64,000 bases of DNA. Origin: Candidatus Poseidoniales archaeon. Lineage in GTDB: Archaea; Thermoplasmatota; Poseidoniia; Poseidoniales; Poseidoniaceae. This document shows positions 18,485 through 26,567 of the stretch, piece after piece. Made by a program: the position numbers and the translations under genes. Below the pieces are notes generated by a model. That model saw only the letters and a program-made list of their open reading frames with translations. It was not told the DNA's origin and did no database searches. The first letter of the stretch is position 1. Every line of letters starts with the position of its first letter. Location: the NCBI GenBank assembly GCA_003602645.1, contig QQSI01000040.1, positions 4,152-68,151 of the forward strand, in the 5' to 3' direction.

Positions 18485-18988
18485 TCAGTGGTGGTGGCCA
18501 CCAGGTCCATGGACGTGTCCGTGGTCCAATTCTTCTGGTGTTGCAGGGCGTAATTCAACAATTTCAACAGCAAAAGTCAGCGATTTTCCTGCGAGAGCGT
18601 GGTTGAAATCTGCGGTGACCAATTCGTCAGTGAGGTTGGTAATGGTAAATGGAGAAGGTCCGTGTGGCATCTGTGCCACGAGTTGCATTCCAGTTTCCAA
18701 AGTGTTTGTTGCTTCGAGTTGGGCGAACTGCTCACGTGGAATTTCCATGACTGCTGCGTCGTCACGATCGCCGTATGCCTGGTCGGATTCTAAGGTGAAT
18801 TCTTTCCGATCTCCCACCTTTGCGCCCATTATTTCTTGCTCAAATCCTGGTATCATTTGCTTTAATCCCACGATGAAAGTCAACGGCTCGCGCCCTTCAC
18901 TGCTATCAAAAACTTCACCGCTTTCAGGGAGTGTTCCTGTATAATGTACGCTAGCAACCATTTTGTCGCTTACTGTATGTTCTGTCAT
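18485..18988 (-). CDS. slyD: FKBP-type peptidyl-prolyl cis-trans isomerase (SlyD-like) with His-rich C-terminal tail
   Basis: VHYTGTLPESGEVFDSSEGREPLTFIVGLKQMIPGFEQEIMGAKVGDRKEF FKBP core, inserted flap region, C-terminal HGHVHGPGGHHH metal-binding tail. Confidence 0.85.
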   Translation of the reverse strand: MTEHTVSDKMVASVHYTGTLPESGEVFDSSEGREPLTFIVGLKQMIPGFEQEIMGAKVGDRKEFTLESDQAYGDRDDAAVMEIPREQFAQLEATNTLETGMQLVAQMPHGPSPFTITNLTDELVTADFNHALAGKSLTFAVEIVELRPATPEELDHGHVHGPGGHHH

Positions 18989-18993
18989 AATAT

Positions 18994-19974
18994 TCACCTT
19001 CTTGTTGTCATTTTATTGACTAAATCTCGTAATTTTTGAGCTGCGTCTTCAGGAAGAATTTCTTCCATCACTTTTTGCTCTATGAACTCAATGCAATCGG
19101 ATACACCGATTCGCTCTCCCTTGGCCCAAACTTGCCCAAGGATGTTCGATCTATGCTCCTCAGGAATGTTTGGATTATCCAAAATATCCCTTGCAGCATA
19201 CTTGTACTCAAGGTACTTTTGTCGGTTCAACTTCTTTTCTTGCTTTTGTCGACCGCCACCTTTCTTGTCGTGGCGTCGGCGTTTGCGGCGTCGATCCCCA
19301 GATGGTTTTGCTACATCAGTTTGAATGGTTTTGAACACATTGATCGAACCTTGTTTTGGTTCCGATTGAGACACCGGTGATGCAACTGGTTCGATCTTCA
19401 CTTTGTCAGTTTCGATGCTCGGTTCGATGGTGGTCTCTTGAACCGGTGAAACGGCAACGGTGTCTGGCTGCACTTCGCTAGGAACGTCTGCTGGCTTCGC
19501 TTTTGCTTTGGCATTTTGCCGTGAAAGTTCCGACTTCCTCCGCAGTTCTGCGAGACGATCTTCGTGAGAAACTTGTGGCTTGGGAGCTGCTGGTTTTGCA
19601 ACCGAGGTTGTCATAGTCGGGGCGAAGGTTTCCTTTTTGGGTTCCGGCTTAGAGGTGGTTGGTTTTGAGACGCCGCCTTGCTGGCGCTTCATTCGCTCCA
19701 TCGCTTCTTTTTGCTTTTTTGCCAACTCAGTCATCCCAGAATTAGCATCGACTTGGGGGGTGGTGGATCGCGTGGGCGCAGGACGTCGTTCCACGCTTTT
19801 TCGTTCAGTTTGACGCTTGTTGCGTTGTGCGGAAGCGTTCGGGGCGAACGGGTTGAACGGCTCGTCCCGTTTTTTCCTTCCATTTCGGTCTGCGATACGA
19901 GAGGCCCCCACGCTGTTCCCGCTTGTGACCGTATAAAAACAATGAGTGTCCCATGCCGTGATTAAACTGGCCAT
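18994..19974 (-). CDS. Lys/Arg-rich, largely disordered protein with conserved C-terminal alpha-helical domain (hypothetical)
   Basis: ATG at 19974 overlaps kae1 stop by 13 nt; long K/R/E/P-rich low-complexity middle; C-terminal KYLEYKYAARDILDNPNIPEEHRSNILGQVWAKGERIGVSDCIEFIEQK segment looks folded. Confidence 0.5.
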   Translation of the reverse strand: MASLITAWDTHCFYTVTSGNSVGASRIADRNGRKKRDEPFNPFAPNASAQRNKRQTERKSVERRPAPTRSTTPQVDANSGMTELAKKQKEAMERMKRQQGGVSKPTTSKPEPKKETFAPTMTTSVAKPAAPKPQVSHEDRLAELRRKSELSRQNAKAKAKPADVPSEVQPDTVAVSPVQETTIEPSIETDKVKIEPVASPVSQSEPKQGSINVFKTIQTDVAKPSGDRRRKRRRHDKKGGGRQKQEKKLNRQKYLEYKYAARDILDNPNIPEEHRSNILGQVWAKGERIGVSDCIEFIEQKVMEEILPEDAAQKLRDLVNKMTTRR

Positions 19975-20978
19975 GTGACGGGTGTTTGGTCCGTTCGAAG
20001 GTATTGGTCGACCGCGCTTTGTGCATAGGAGGTTGTTCGTCCATGATCAAGCTCGATCTTACCAAGAAGGGCAATCATGGAACCGTTGTCAATACAGAAC
20101 ATCCTTGGTGGTGCATGAGAGGTTGCATCTCGCTCTTCAGCCATGAGTGTGCACATTTCTCTTAGTCGATTATTGCACGCAACGCCGCCTCCTAACAAAA
20201 CTTCTGACTTTCCTGTGTGTGCCAATGCTCGCTCAGCAATCTCTACACAGGCCGCAAACGAATGCTCTTGCAGTGACCAACACACAGCACCCAATTCTGC
20301 ACCGTTGTCCAACAGTCTTTGAGCGGCGGTCATAACTCCAGAAAAGGCAAGATCCATACCACGTACAGCAAAGGGTAATTCGAGTCCCTCTAAACTTGCA
20401 TTTGGGTTTTTGTCAAGCCATTCACTCGCGAGTTTTTCGATGACTGGGCCACCAGGGAATGGGATGCCTTGCCCTCGTGCAAACTTATCGAGCATGTTTC
20501 CAATGCCAATGTCTAGTGTTTCACCGAGCACTCTGTACCGACCATCGAGGTGTGCAATCACCTGAGTGTTTCCACCTGAGACATAGAGGAGAATAGGATC
20601 GCTGCACCCACATTGTTGACGTCCAATTTCGATATGAGCGACGCAGTGATTGACGCCGATGAGAGGGGTTTCTAATTTACTCGCTAGTCCACGGGCAATG
20701 GCTGCTCCTACCCTCAAACACGGGCCTAGACCTGGACCCTGTGAATAGGCGACAGCTCCGATGTCATCAGCGGCGATTCCATTGGCCTCGAACAAGCGTT
20801 GTAGCAATTCAGATGCAGCGTTTTTGTGATGGTCTGCTGCCTCACGTGGATGAATGCCACCTTCGTCTGGGCGAACGGTCGATGAACTGGATGGTGCAGG
20901 GTTTCCATCTGCATCTACCAAACCAAACGAAAGGGTGTGAGCGGTTGATTCGATCCCCAATGTCCAGAGGCCCGGCAT
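19962..20978 (-). CDS. kae1: tRNA N6-adenosine threonylcarbamoyltransferase Kae1 (TsaD/Kae1/Qri7 family, KEOPS catalytic subunit)
   Basis: LGIESTAHTLSFGLV N-terminus, VNHCVAHIEIG metal-binding His motif, ASKH-fold motifs throughout; first ATG at 20978 (track start is upstream alt-codon). Confidence 0.9.
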   Translation of the reverse strand: MPGLWTLGIESTAHTLSFGLVDADGNPAPSSSSTVRPDEGGIHPREAADHHKNAASELLQRLFEANGIAADDIGAVAYSQGPGLGPCLRVGAAIARGLASKLETPLIGVNHCVAHIEIGRQQCGCSDPILLYVSGGNTQVIAHLDGRYRVLGETLDIGIGNMLDKFARGQGIPFPGGPVIEKLASEWLDKNPNASLEGLELPFAVRGMDLAFSGVMTAAQRLLDNGAELGAVCWSLQEHSFAACVEIAERALAHTGKSEVLLGGGVACNNRLREMCTLMAEERDATSHAPPRMFCIDNGSMIALLGKIELDHGRTTSYAQSAVDQYLRTDQTPVTWPV

Positions 20979-21029
20979 GGTGGGTGGTTGAAGCCATTGT
21001 TCTTCAACCCTCAGCCTCAGCAAGGAGCA

Positions 21030-22295
21030 ATGCGGACCGTTTTGTTGGACATCGGGCCCATGGCACATCTTGGAGGAAAGGGCTCTTTGTCTGGAACCTC
21101 AGCAACTGACTATGAATTATTGACATCTCCTGCTGGAAAAGGAATTGTAGTGAATGACGGCGTTATTGAGAAAATTGAAGAATCATCCGAACTTCGTTCC
21201 GAGTATGGCTCACCACAAGAATCGACCGTTGACGTATCCATTCAATCCTTGGAGGGTTGTGCGGTTGTTCCTGGTTTAGTGGATGGACATAACCATTTGA
21301 TTTGGTCCGGTGATCGTTCGAATGAGATGACGATGAAGCAGCAGGGAATGACATATCAACAAATCGCGGCTAATGGCGGCGGCATCCAGCACACTGTGAG
21401 GGAAACCTCAGAAGCCACATACGAAGAGCTGGTTAAATCGGGTTACCAACGTATGCGCCAGGCTCTTCTTCATGGTACAACACACTTAGAAAGCAAAAGC
21501 GGATATGGCTTGTCGACAGAATCAGAGCTAAAACTCCTGAATGTTGCACATGACCTAAGCCAGATGAATCACCTCCCCACCATGGAGTTGACATGGCTTG
21601 GCGCCCATGATACACCTAAAGGTGTCAATCGCACAGACTATGTTGAGGAAATTCTAAGCGACCAACTTCCCAAAGTACTTGATCAAGGCTATGCTGATGC
21701 CGCTGATGTCTTTTGCGAGCCAGGCTGGTTCACTGTCGAGGAGAGTGAATTGATATTGTCCGCTGCCGGAAAGGGTGGTCTTCGACAACGGATTCACATT
21801 GATGAATTCGAGGATGGTGGTGGTGGAGAATTGGCAGCATCACTGGGTGTCGTTACTGCTGATCATGCCCATTACACTGCGCCTGAAACGCGGTTGAAGA
21901 TGGAATCCGCCGGCGTCAATACTGGATTTTTACCAGGAACCCCCTATACAATGGGTGCAGAATGGCCTTCATTTTCAGATGCCACTGAACAGGGGATTCG
22001 GTGGACAGTTGCAACGGACTTCAATCCAAATTGTAATATTCTCAGCATGCCGCTGATTGGATCTATGCTTGTTCACCGTAACCAAGTTGACCCACTGCTT
22101 GCATTGGTGGCCTCAACCAGAAATGCGGCAGAAACGACTCCACACCCAACGGGGATGCCACATGGGCGAATCGAGGTTGGCGCAGTCGCTAACCTCAATG
22201 TGCTCGATGGGTACCAATGGCAATCATGGTGCAATCGTCCTGGTACCACGCCTTTCAAATCCACCATGTTGAATGGTACTTTGATTCACCATTGA
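21030..22295 (+). CDS. hutI: Imidazolonepropionase
   Basis: VVPGLVDGHNHLIWSGDRSNEMTMKQQGMTYQQIAANGGGIQHTVRET matches HutI metal-binding HxH region and GGGI motif; ATG 21030 preceded by AGGAG. Confidence 0.85.
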   Translation: MRTVLLDIGPMAHLGGKGSLSGTSATDYELLTSPAGKGIVVNDGVIEKIEESSELRSEYGSPQESTVDVSIQSLEGCAVVPGLVDGHNHLIWSGDRSNEMTMKQQGMTYQQIAANGGGIQHTVRETSEATYEELVKSGYQRMRQALLHGTTHLESKSGYGLSTESELKLLNVAHDLSQMNHLPTMELTWLGAHDTPKGVNRTDYVEEILSDQLPKVLDQGYADAADVFCEPGWFTVEESELILSAAGKGGLRQRIHIDEFEDGGGGELAASLGVVTADHAHYTAPETRLKMESAGVNTGFLPGTPYTMGAEWPSFSDATEQGIRWTVATDFNPNCNILSMPLIGSMLVHRNQVDPLLALVASTRNAAETTPHPTGMPHGRIEVGAVANLNVLDGYQWQSWCNRPGTTPFKSTMLNGTLIHH

Positions 22296-22328
22296 TATAT
22301 TTCTAAATGCCAACTCAAATCCTTTTGC

Positions 22329-22336
22329 TATAAAAC
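22329..22336 (+). promoter_or_regulatory. TATA box (TATAAAAC) upstream of ABM-like gene
   Basis: Canonical archaeal TATA-like octamer ~15-20 nt upstream of ATG 22350 (leaderless-type arrangement). Confidence 0.25.
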
Positions 22337-22349
22337 GTGGGTGAAATGT

Positions 22350-22694
22350 ATGGATTCAGAAATCAATAATGTTCTTGTCGAAACTGTAGTTTGTGCCGGA
22401 GCCGAAGGAAAGGAAGCGAGATTTTTGCGGATGATCGAAACGCGCCAGGCATTCAAACGTCGCCAGAAGGGGTGCCTAGCTGCCTGGGTTGGATCATCAA
22501 CCGATGGAATAGGATTGGTACTGGTTCAAACTGTATTCTCTGATCGTGACAGTTGGAAAACCATTTCTGAATCCGTTGTCAACACACTCGACGCAAAAGA
22601 CGGTGGTCTTGAGTCTGTATTGGCCGGCCCTCCCCTTGTTGGAATGTTCGAAATTGATCCATCCAAACTGAATCTGGATGATGCACGGGAATAA
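22350..22694 (+). CDS. ABM (antibiotic biosynthesis monooxygenase)-like small alpha+beta barrel protein
   Basis: ~115 aa; pattern VLVETVVCAGAEGKEARFLRMIETRQAFKRRQKGCLAAWVGSS...LVLVQTVFSDRDSW resembles the ABM/Dabb ferredoxin-like fold consensus. Confidence 0.4.
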   Translation: MDSEINNVLVETVVCAGAEGKEARFLRMIETRQAFKRRQKGCLAAWVGSSTDGIGLVLVQTVFSDRDSWKTISESVVNTLDAKDGGLESVLAGPPLVGMFEIDPSKLNLDDARE

Positions 22695-22962
22695 TCACTC
22701 AAATCCCGCACCACATTGTGTCGCATAATGTATGTTATACGACACCGAACGAAATTTGCGATTTTTCGGGTGTTTCCGTCCTTTCCAAATCATAGAGCAG
22801 TACATCGTTTAGCCCCGTCCACGAGAAAAATATTTTCAAAAATTCTGACTTTTTGCCCATCAAGGAGGGGGTTTGAGGGTGGAATAACGTCTTTTTTGAA
22901 AAAGTCCATGCTTGACATGAAATTTTGTCGAAGCAACTAAGAAATGAATATCTCAGGAGGAA

Positions 22963-23124
22963 ATGAGTTCGATGTCTGCAGTAGAAGGATTCTGTTTGAA
23001 GTGCAAGACCTATGGTCCGATTAAGGACGGCCAACTGATCAAAATGAAAAATGGGCGTACGCGCATGGCGGGCTTCTGCTCACAACCAGGATGCAGTGGA
23101 AAAATTTCTAAGATCGTGAGCTAA
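22963..23124 (+). CDS. Small zinc-ribbon protein (53 aa, DUF5679-like; not in ORF track)
   Basis: MSSMSAVEGFCLKCKTYGPIKDGQLIKMKNGRTRMAGFCSQPGCSGKISKIVS has CxxC...CxxxC plus a KNGR motif; GGAGG 3 nt upstream of ATG. Confidence 0.5.
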   Translation: MSSMSAVEGFCLKCKTYGPIKDGQLIKMKNGRTRMAGFCSQPGCSGKISKIVS

Positions 23125-23146
23125 CTTCACTGATTCGAACCGATGC

Positions 23147-23156
23147 GGTTTAATAC
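23147..23156 (+). promoter_or_regulatory. TATA-like box (GGTTTAATAC) upstream of tRNA-Val
   Basis: A/T-rich box centred ~31 nt upstream of the mature tRNA 5' end. Confidence 0.25.
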
Positions 23157-23182
23157 ACCGGTTCGGTGGCCAAATTACCTAG

Positions 23183-23258
23183 GGGCTCGTGGTCTAGGGG
23201 TTATGACGTCGCCTTGACATGGCGAAGATCGAGAGTTCAATTCTCTCCGAGCCCACCA
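23183..23258 (+). tRNA. tRNA-Val (anticodon GAC), CCA encoded
   Basis: GGGCTCG acceptor stem pairs with CGAGCCC; anticodon stem TCGCC/GGCGA with loop TTGACAT (GAC); T-stem GAGAG/CTCTC with TTCAATT loop; discriminator A then CCA; 76 nt. Confidence 0.9.
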
Positions 23259-23342
23259 ATCCTTCAACCATTCAATCTATGATTTTTGAATTATTATATT
23301 TTGTAAAGGTAAAAATATAATGAGTATCTCTGAGAGATTTCA

Positions 23343-23714
23343 TTAATCTTCAATACGAGTCAAATCTTCCGGACTTGGTAAGACGAGATCGTCTGGGTCG
23401 ACGCGAGCAAGCGGTCGTTCTTCGATTTCTTCCATTGTGAAATCCGATGAGCCGCCATCCCAATTCACTAAATCCTCGGTTTCCTCAAATATTTCATCAG
23501 GCAGAGCCTGTTCTGTGGACAGCGAATATGCCGCAGGGTCTATTGGTTCACGACGTACAGGTTCGGCATTGGCAGGAACAAAGCGCTCTTCCATATGGAT
23601 GCCGGAGTGGAAGGTGCCACATTCAGAACATCGAACGGTGCCGCTTCTCTCAAAACAACCACAGTTAGGACAAGATGCCAAGGTAGCATACACCTTCAAT
23701 GGATCCTTGCCCAT
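23343..23714 (-). CDS. Zinc-ribbon protein with acidic C-terminal tail (hypothetical)
   Basis: CPNCGCFERSGTVRCSECG zinc ribbon then D/E-rich tail; ATG 23714 is 4 nt after the stop of the upstream EF-hand protein (operon). Confidence 0.5.
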   Translation of the reverse strand: MGKDPLKVYATLASCPNCGCFERSGTVRCSECGTFHSGIHMEERFVPANAEPVRREPIDPAAYSLSTEQALPDEIFEETEDLVNWDGGSSDFTMEEIEERPLARVDPDDLVLPSPEDLTRIED

Positions 23715-23718
23715 TCCA

Positions 23719-25605
23719 TCACTCCACGAACATGTCTTCCTGGTAGCCCGTGATGATATCCCCTGTACCATCTTCCTCGATTGTCACGGTTTCGTCTTCG
23801 TCATCGAACTCTATGATTGTTCCAAAGACCTCCTCGTCCTCAAGTGTAAGACCGATGTGTGAGCCAATATCGATTTCTCCTTCCCCTTCATCATCCTCAT
23901 CTTCCTCAGGTTCATCTGACTCGTCATGAGATTCATCATCCAACTCTTCATCTTCGAAATCCTCTTCGAGAGCCTCTTCCATTTCTTCTTCGAGGTCCCC
24001 ATCATCATCATTATCTTCAGATTCGGACGAAGCATCTGCTTGATCGTCTTGGACTTCCTTCATTGCCTTAGCGCGTGCACGCCAGCTAGGCATGAGCGCT
24101 AGATGCATGTAAAGTGAACCAGCTAATCCTGCTGCGCCAAGTACCATAAACAAAATACCGTCCCAATAGAAACCAGCAGGCATCGAACTTGCTTCACCAC
24201 TTAGGGGCGTTAACGAGTTCTTACAGTCGCCTTCCTGAATTGCTGGATCACAAGGGTAAGAATCACCTTCGGCAAGACCCGCAGGAGGGAGTAAATTGCC
24301 TTTGGTCTCTAGCTCAATTGGGCCGCCAGTTCCATCGACAATGACACCGAATCCATTCACGACCCACACGGCAATGAAAAGGCCAAATGCTAAGTGAATC
24401 AACGGCCATACATATTCGTTCCATTGCTTCCCCATCATGCGCTTTTGCATATCAGTTGGGAAGGGTTTGGTTGGTTTGCTGATGACAGCTCTTTCATCCG
24501 TTGCTTCATCGGCATCTGCCAAATTTTCTAAAGCTGTGATGAATTCTATCATGTCCACCGTTCGATCGTTGTCATCATCAACTTCAGACAGGAATTCTTC
24601 GATATCCTTGTGACCGATTTCATCATCAAAGAGCTTGTTCAATTCGTTCATTAGTTCGACAACATCGACGCGCCCATTGGCATCTCTGTCAATGCTCTTG
24701 AAGAATTGAGCTGGCGAGGTTTCCATTTCATCCATGGCATCAGCGATTTTGCGAATGAGCGAAACCTCCTCGATGCTTTCTTCTTCTGAAGGATCTTCAT
24801 CGGACGCCTCATCTTCGTCCATTGATTCTTCGCCGTTTTCCTCTTCTGAATCCAATGTTTCCTCTTCGACCACCTCTTCGTGTTCTGATTCAGAATCTTC
24901 AGATTCGTCATCATCCTGGGAATCTTGGATTTCCTCTTCATCAAGGTTTGATTCTGTTTGAACTTCTTCGTCAGGTTCGCCTTCATCCTCTGTTTCAATT
25001 TCCTCTTCTGGATCATCATCCACTTGGATTTCGGGATCGGTTTCCACCTCATCGTCTGAGTCATTGTCTTCTTCGTTTTCCGAATCTTCTTCCATTGCAT
25101 CCTCATCTTCAGAGGTTGTTGAATGATCCATTTTTTCGTCTTCTGGCAAGTCATCTCCGGTGATGGTTTTATGCAACTCAGCAAGGTCAATCCTTCCATC
25201 TCCGTCAGCATCGATTGTCTCAATGAGGCGCTCAACTTGAGATGGTGGCAAATCTGCTAGATTGAGGCTCAACAGTCCTGACTTCAATTCACTTGAGTCG
25301 ATTTGACCATCGCCATCCTTGTCAAATTTATTGAACAGCATCGGAATTGTAATCCCTGTTGTTGCCAACCAATTGCGCAGCACATCAACGACGTCGTCGG
25401 CGATAAAAACTGTACCACAGTGGCTACATTTTGTGGAATCTAAAGGCACGAGGCCACCGCATGCACCGCACTCTCCGAGGGCTTCATCGGATACACCGGA
25501 AAAAGAAATATTACATTCAGGACATTTGGTTGAATCGAGGGGAATTACTGCTCTGCAAGCACCACATTCTCCTGTAGCAACTTCTTCAGTCTTGTCTTCG
25601 GACAT
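23719..25605 (-). CDS. Large membrane protein with two zinc ribbons, four EF-hand Ca-binding loops, long poly-acidic (D/E) regions and two TM helices
   Basis: CGACRAVIPLDSTKCPECN and CGACGGLVPLDSTKCSHCG ribbons; DKDGDGQIDSSEL, DADGDGRIDLAEL, DRDANGRVDVVEL, DDDNDRTVDMIEF EF-hand loops; >200 aa D/E-rich; TM pair WPLIHLAFGLFIAVWVV / ILFMVLGAAGLAGSLYMHLAL. Confidence 0.75.
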   Translation of the reverse strand: MSEDKTEEVATGECGACRAVIPLDSTKCPECNISFSGVSDEALGECGACGGLVPLDSTKCSHCGTVFIADDVVDVLRNWLATTGITIPMLFNKFDKDGDGQIDSSELKSGLLSLNLADLPPSQVERLIETIDADGDGRIDLAELHKTITGDDLPEDEKMDHSTTSEDEDAMEEDSENEEDNDSDDEVETDPEIQVDDDPEEEIETEDEGEPDEEVQTESNLDEEEIQDSQDDDESEDSESEHEEVVEEETLDSEEENGEESMDEDEASDEDPSEEESIEEVSLIRKIADAMDEMETSPAQFFKSIDRDANGRVDVVELMNELNKLFDDEIGHKDIEEFLSEVDDDNDRTVDMIEFITALENLADADEATDERAVISKPTKPFPTDMQKRMMGKQWNEYVWPLIHLAFGLFIAVWVVNGFGVIVDGTGGPIELETKGNLLPPAGLAEGDSYPCDPAIQEGDCKNSLTPLSGEASSMPAGFYWDGILFMVLGAAGLAGSLYMHLALMPSWRARAKAMKEVQDDQADASSESEDNDDDGDLEEEMEEALEEDFEDEELDDESHDESDEPEEDEDDEGEGEIDIGSHIGLTLEDEEVFGTIIEFDDEDETVTIEEDGTGDIITGYQEDMFVE

Positions 25606-25676
25606 GGGCACACCTAATCCACCGACTACAACAACGGATATAATGATTCATAGTCTTTCAACGGTTACCCATACCA

Positions 25677-26567
25677 ATGGAGGGCTCAAACATGAGTGGC
25701 GTGACGATGAAAAACCTCCTACGCGGACAGGTTTACAGTTGCAATTTTGCCGATGGAACAACCATGTTTGAATGGATTGATCTCACATCCCAATCAAAGG
25801 ATGACCACCTCGTTTTTGTCTCTAGACTCCCACACAGAAGATTGCTCGACCGCATTGATGTCTCAAAGGTCGAAACATATTGGATGACGCACCGGGTGGG
25901 CCAAGCCCATATCGCCCCTGATTTGGAACAGTTACACAAACTCATGCTTTCCCGTATATCCAACCATCATGGATGTATTATTCTCGAAGGGTTAGAATGG
26001 TTAGTGACCTTGCACGGAGAAACGGTGGTGTTGAACTTCGTTCGTAGTTTGAGGGATGATTTACATCGAACTCAATGGTCGATTTTGATCCCCATCAAAC
26101 CGCTCGCCTTCAATTCAATTTGGTTGGCGCGTTTTCACCGTGAGGCGCCAGATATTTATTTGATGATAGAAGACCATGCCGAAGAAGTCATTCATAATGT
26201 GGAAGTGGACGTCGAGGAACCAAAAACAGAAGCCGCATCAACAGAGGAAGGATTACCGGTGCTGGTGATGCTGAACCGGCTTCCTAAGGTTGGGTTTACC
26301 AAGTCCATTCTACGAAAGCGAATTTTACAATGGCGGAGGATGGGGCTTGATGTCTCAGAAGTTGAACCCGCCCTCCATTTAGGCCCCGCAGCATCATACG
26401 ATTTGTATGCTGTTGTTGAAGAAAAAGTTCGTCGCGCTGTGGAACTCGAACAATTGGTCGATGCAACTCAAGAACACCTCACCGCAAGTGAACAAACCAC
26501 ATGTAAATTTAGAATCCGTCAACTCACTGGATTCGATGATATCCAAGCGATGTTAATGTCCCGGTAG
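25677..26567 (+). CDS. DUF835-like domain protein (hypothetical; possible signalling/ATPase-associated)
   Basis: GCIILEGLEWLVTLHGETVVLNFVRSLRDDLHRTQWSILIPIKPLAFNSIWLARFHREA resembles DUF835 core; divergent from the EF-hand gene. Confidence 0.45.
   Translation: MEGSNMSGVTMKNLLRGQVYSCNFADGTTMFEWIDLTSQSKDDHLVFVSRLPHRRLLDRIDVSKVETYWMTHRVGQAHIAPDLEQLHKLMLSRISNHHGCIILEGLEWLVTLHGETVVLNFVRSLRDDLHRTQWSILIPIKPLAFNSIWLARFHREAPDIYLMIEDHAEEVIHNVEVDVEEPKTEAASTEEGLPVLVMLNRLPKVGFTKSILRKRILQWRRMGLDVSEVEPALHLGPAASYDLYAVVEEKVRRAVELEQLVDATQEHLTASEQTTCKFRIRQLTGFDDIQAMLMSR

Noticed and set aside
20988-21029. TTG start for hutI at 20988
   Set aside because: Would leave only 10 nt between divergent kae1 and hutI starts; ATG at 21030 with an AGGAG motif upstream is far more plausible.
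23811-25235. Lys-rich 194-aa ORF (24651-25235, minus), Ser-rich ORF (24734-24961, plus) and Pro/Leu-rich ORF (24822-25163, plus)
   Set aside because: Artefacts of the GAn-rich codon bias of the poly-Asp/Glu region of the EF-hand protein read in other frames/strand; pure low complexity.
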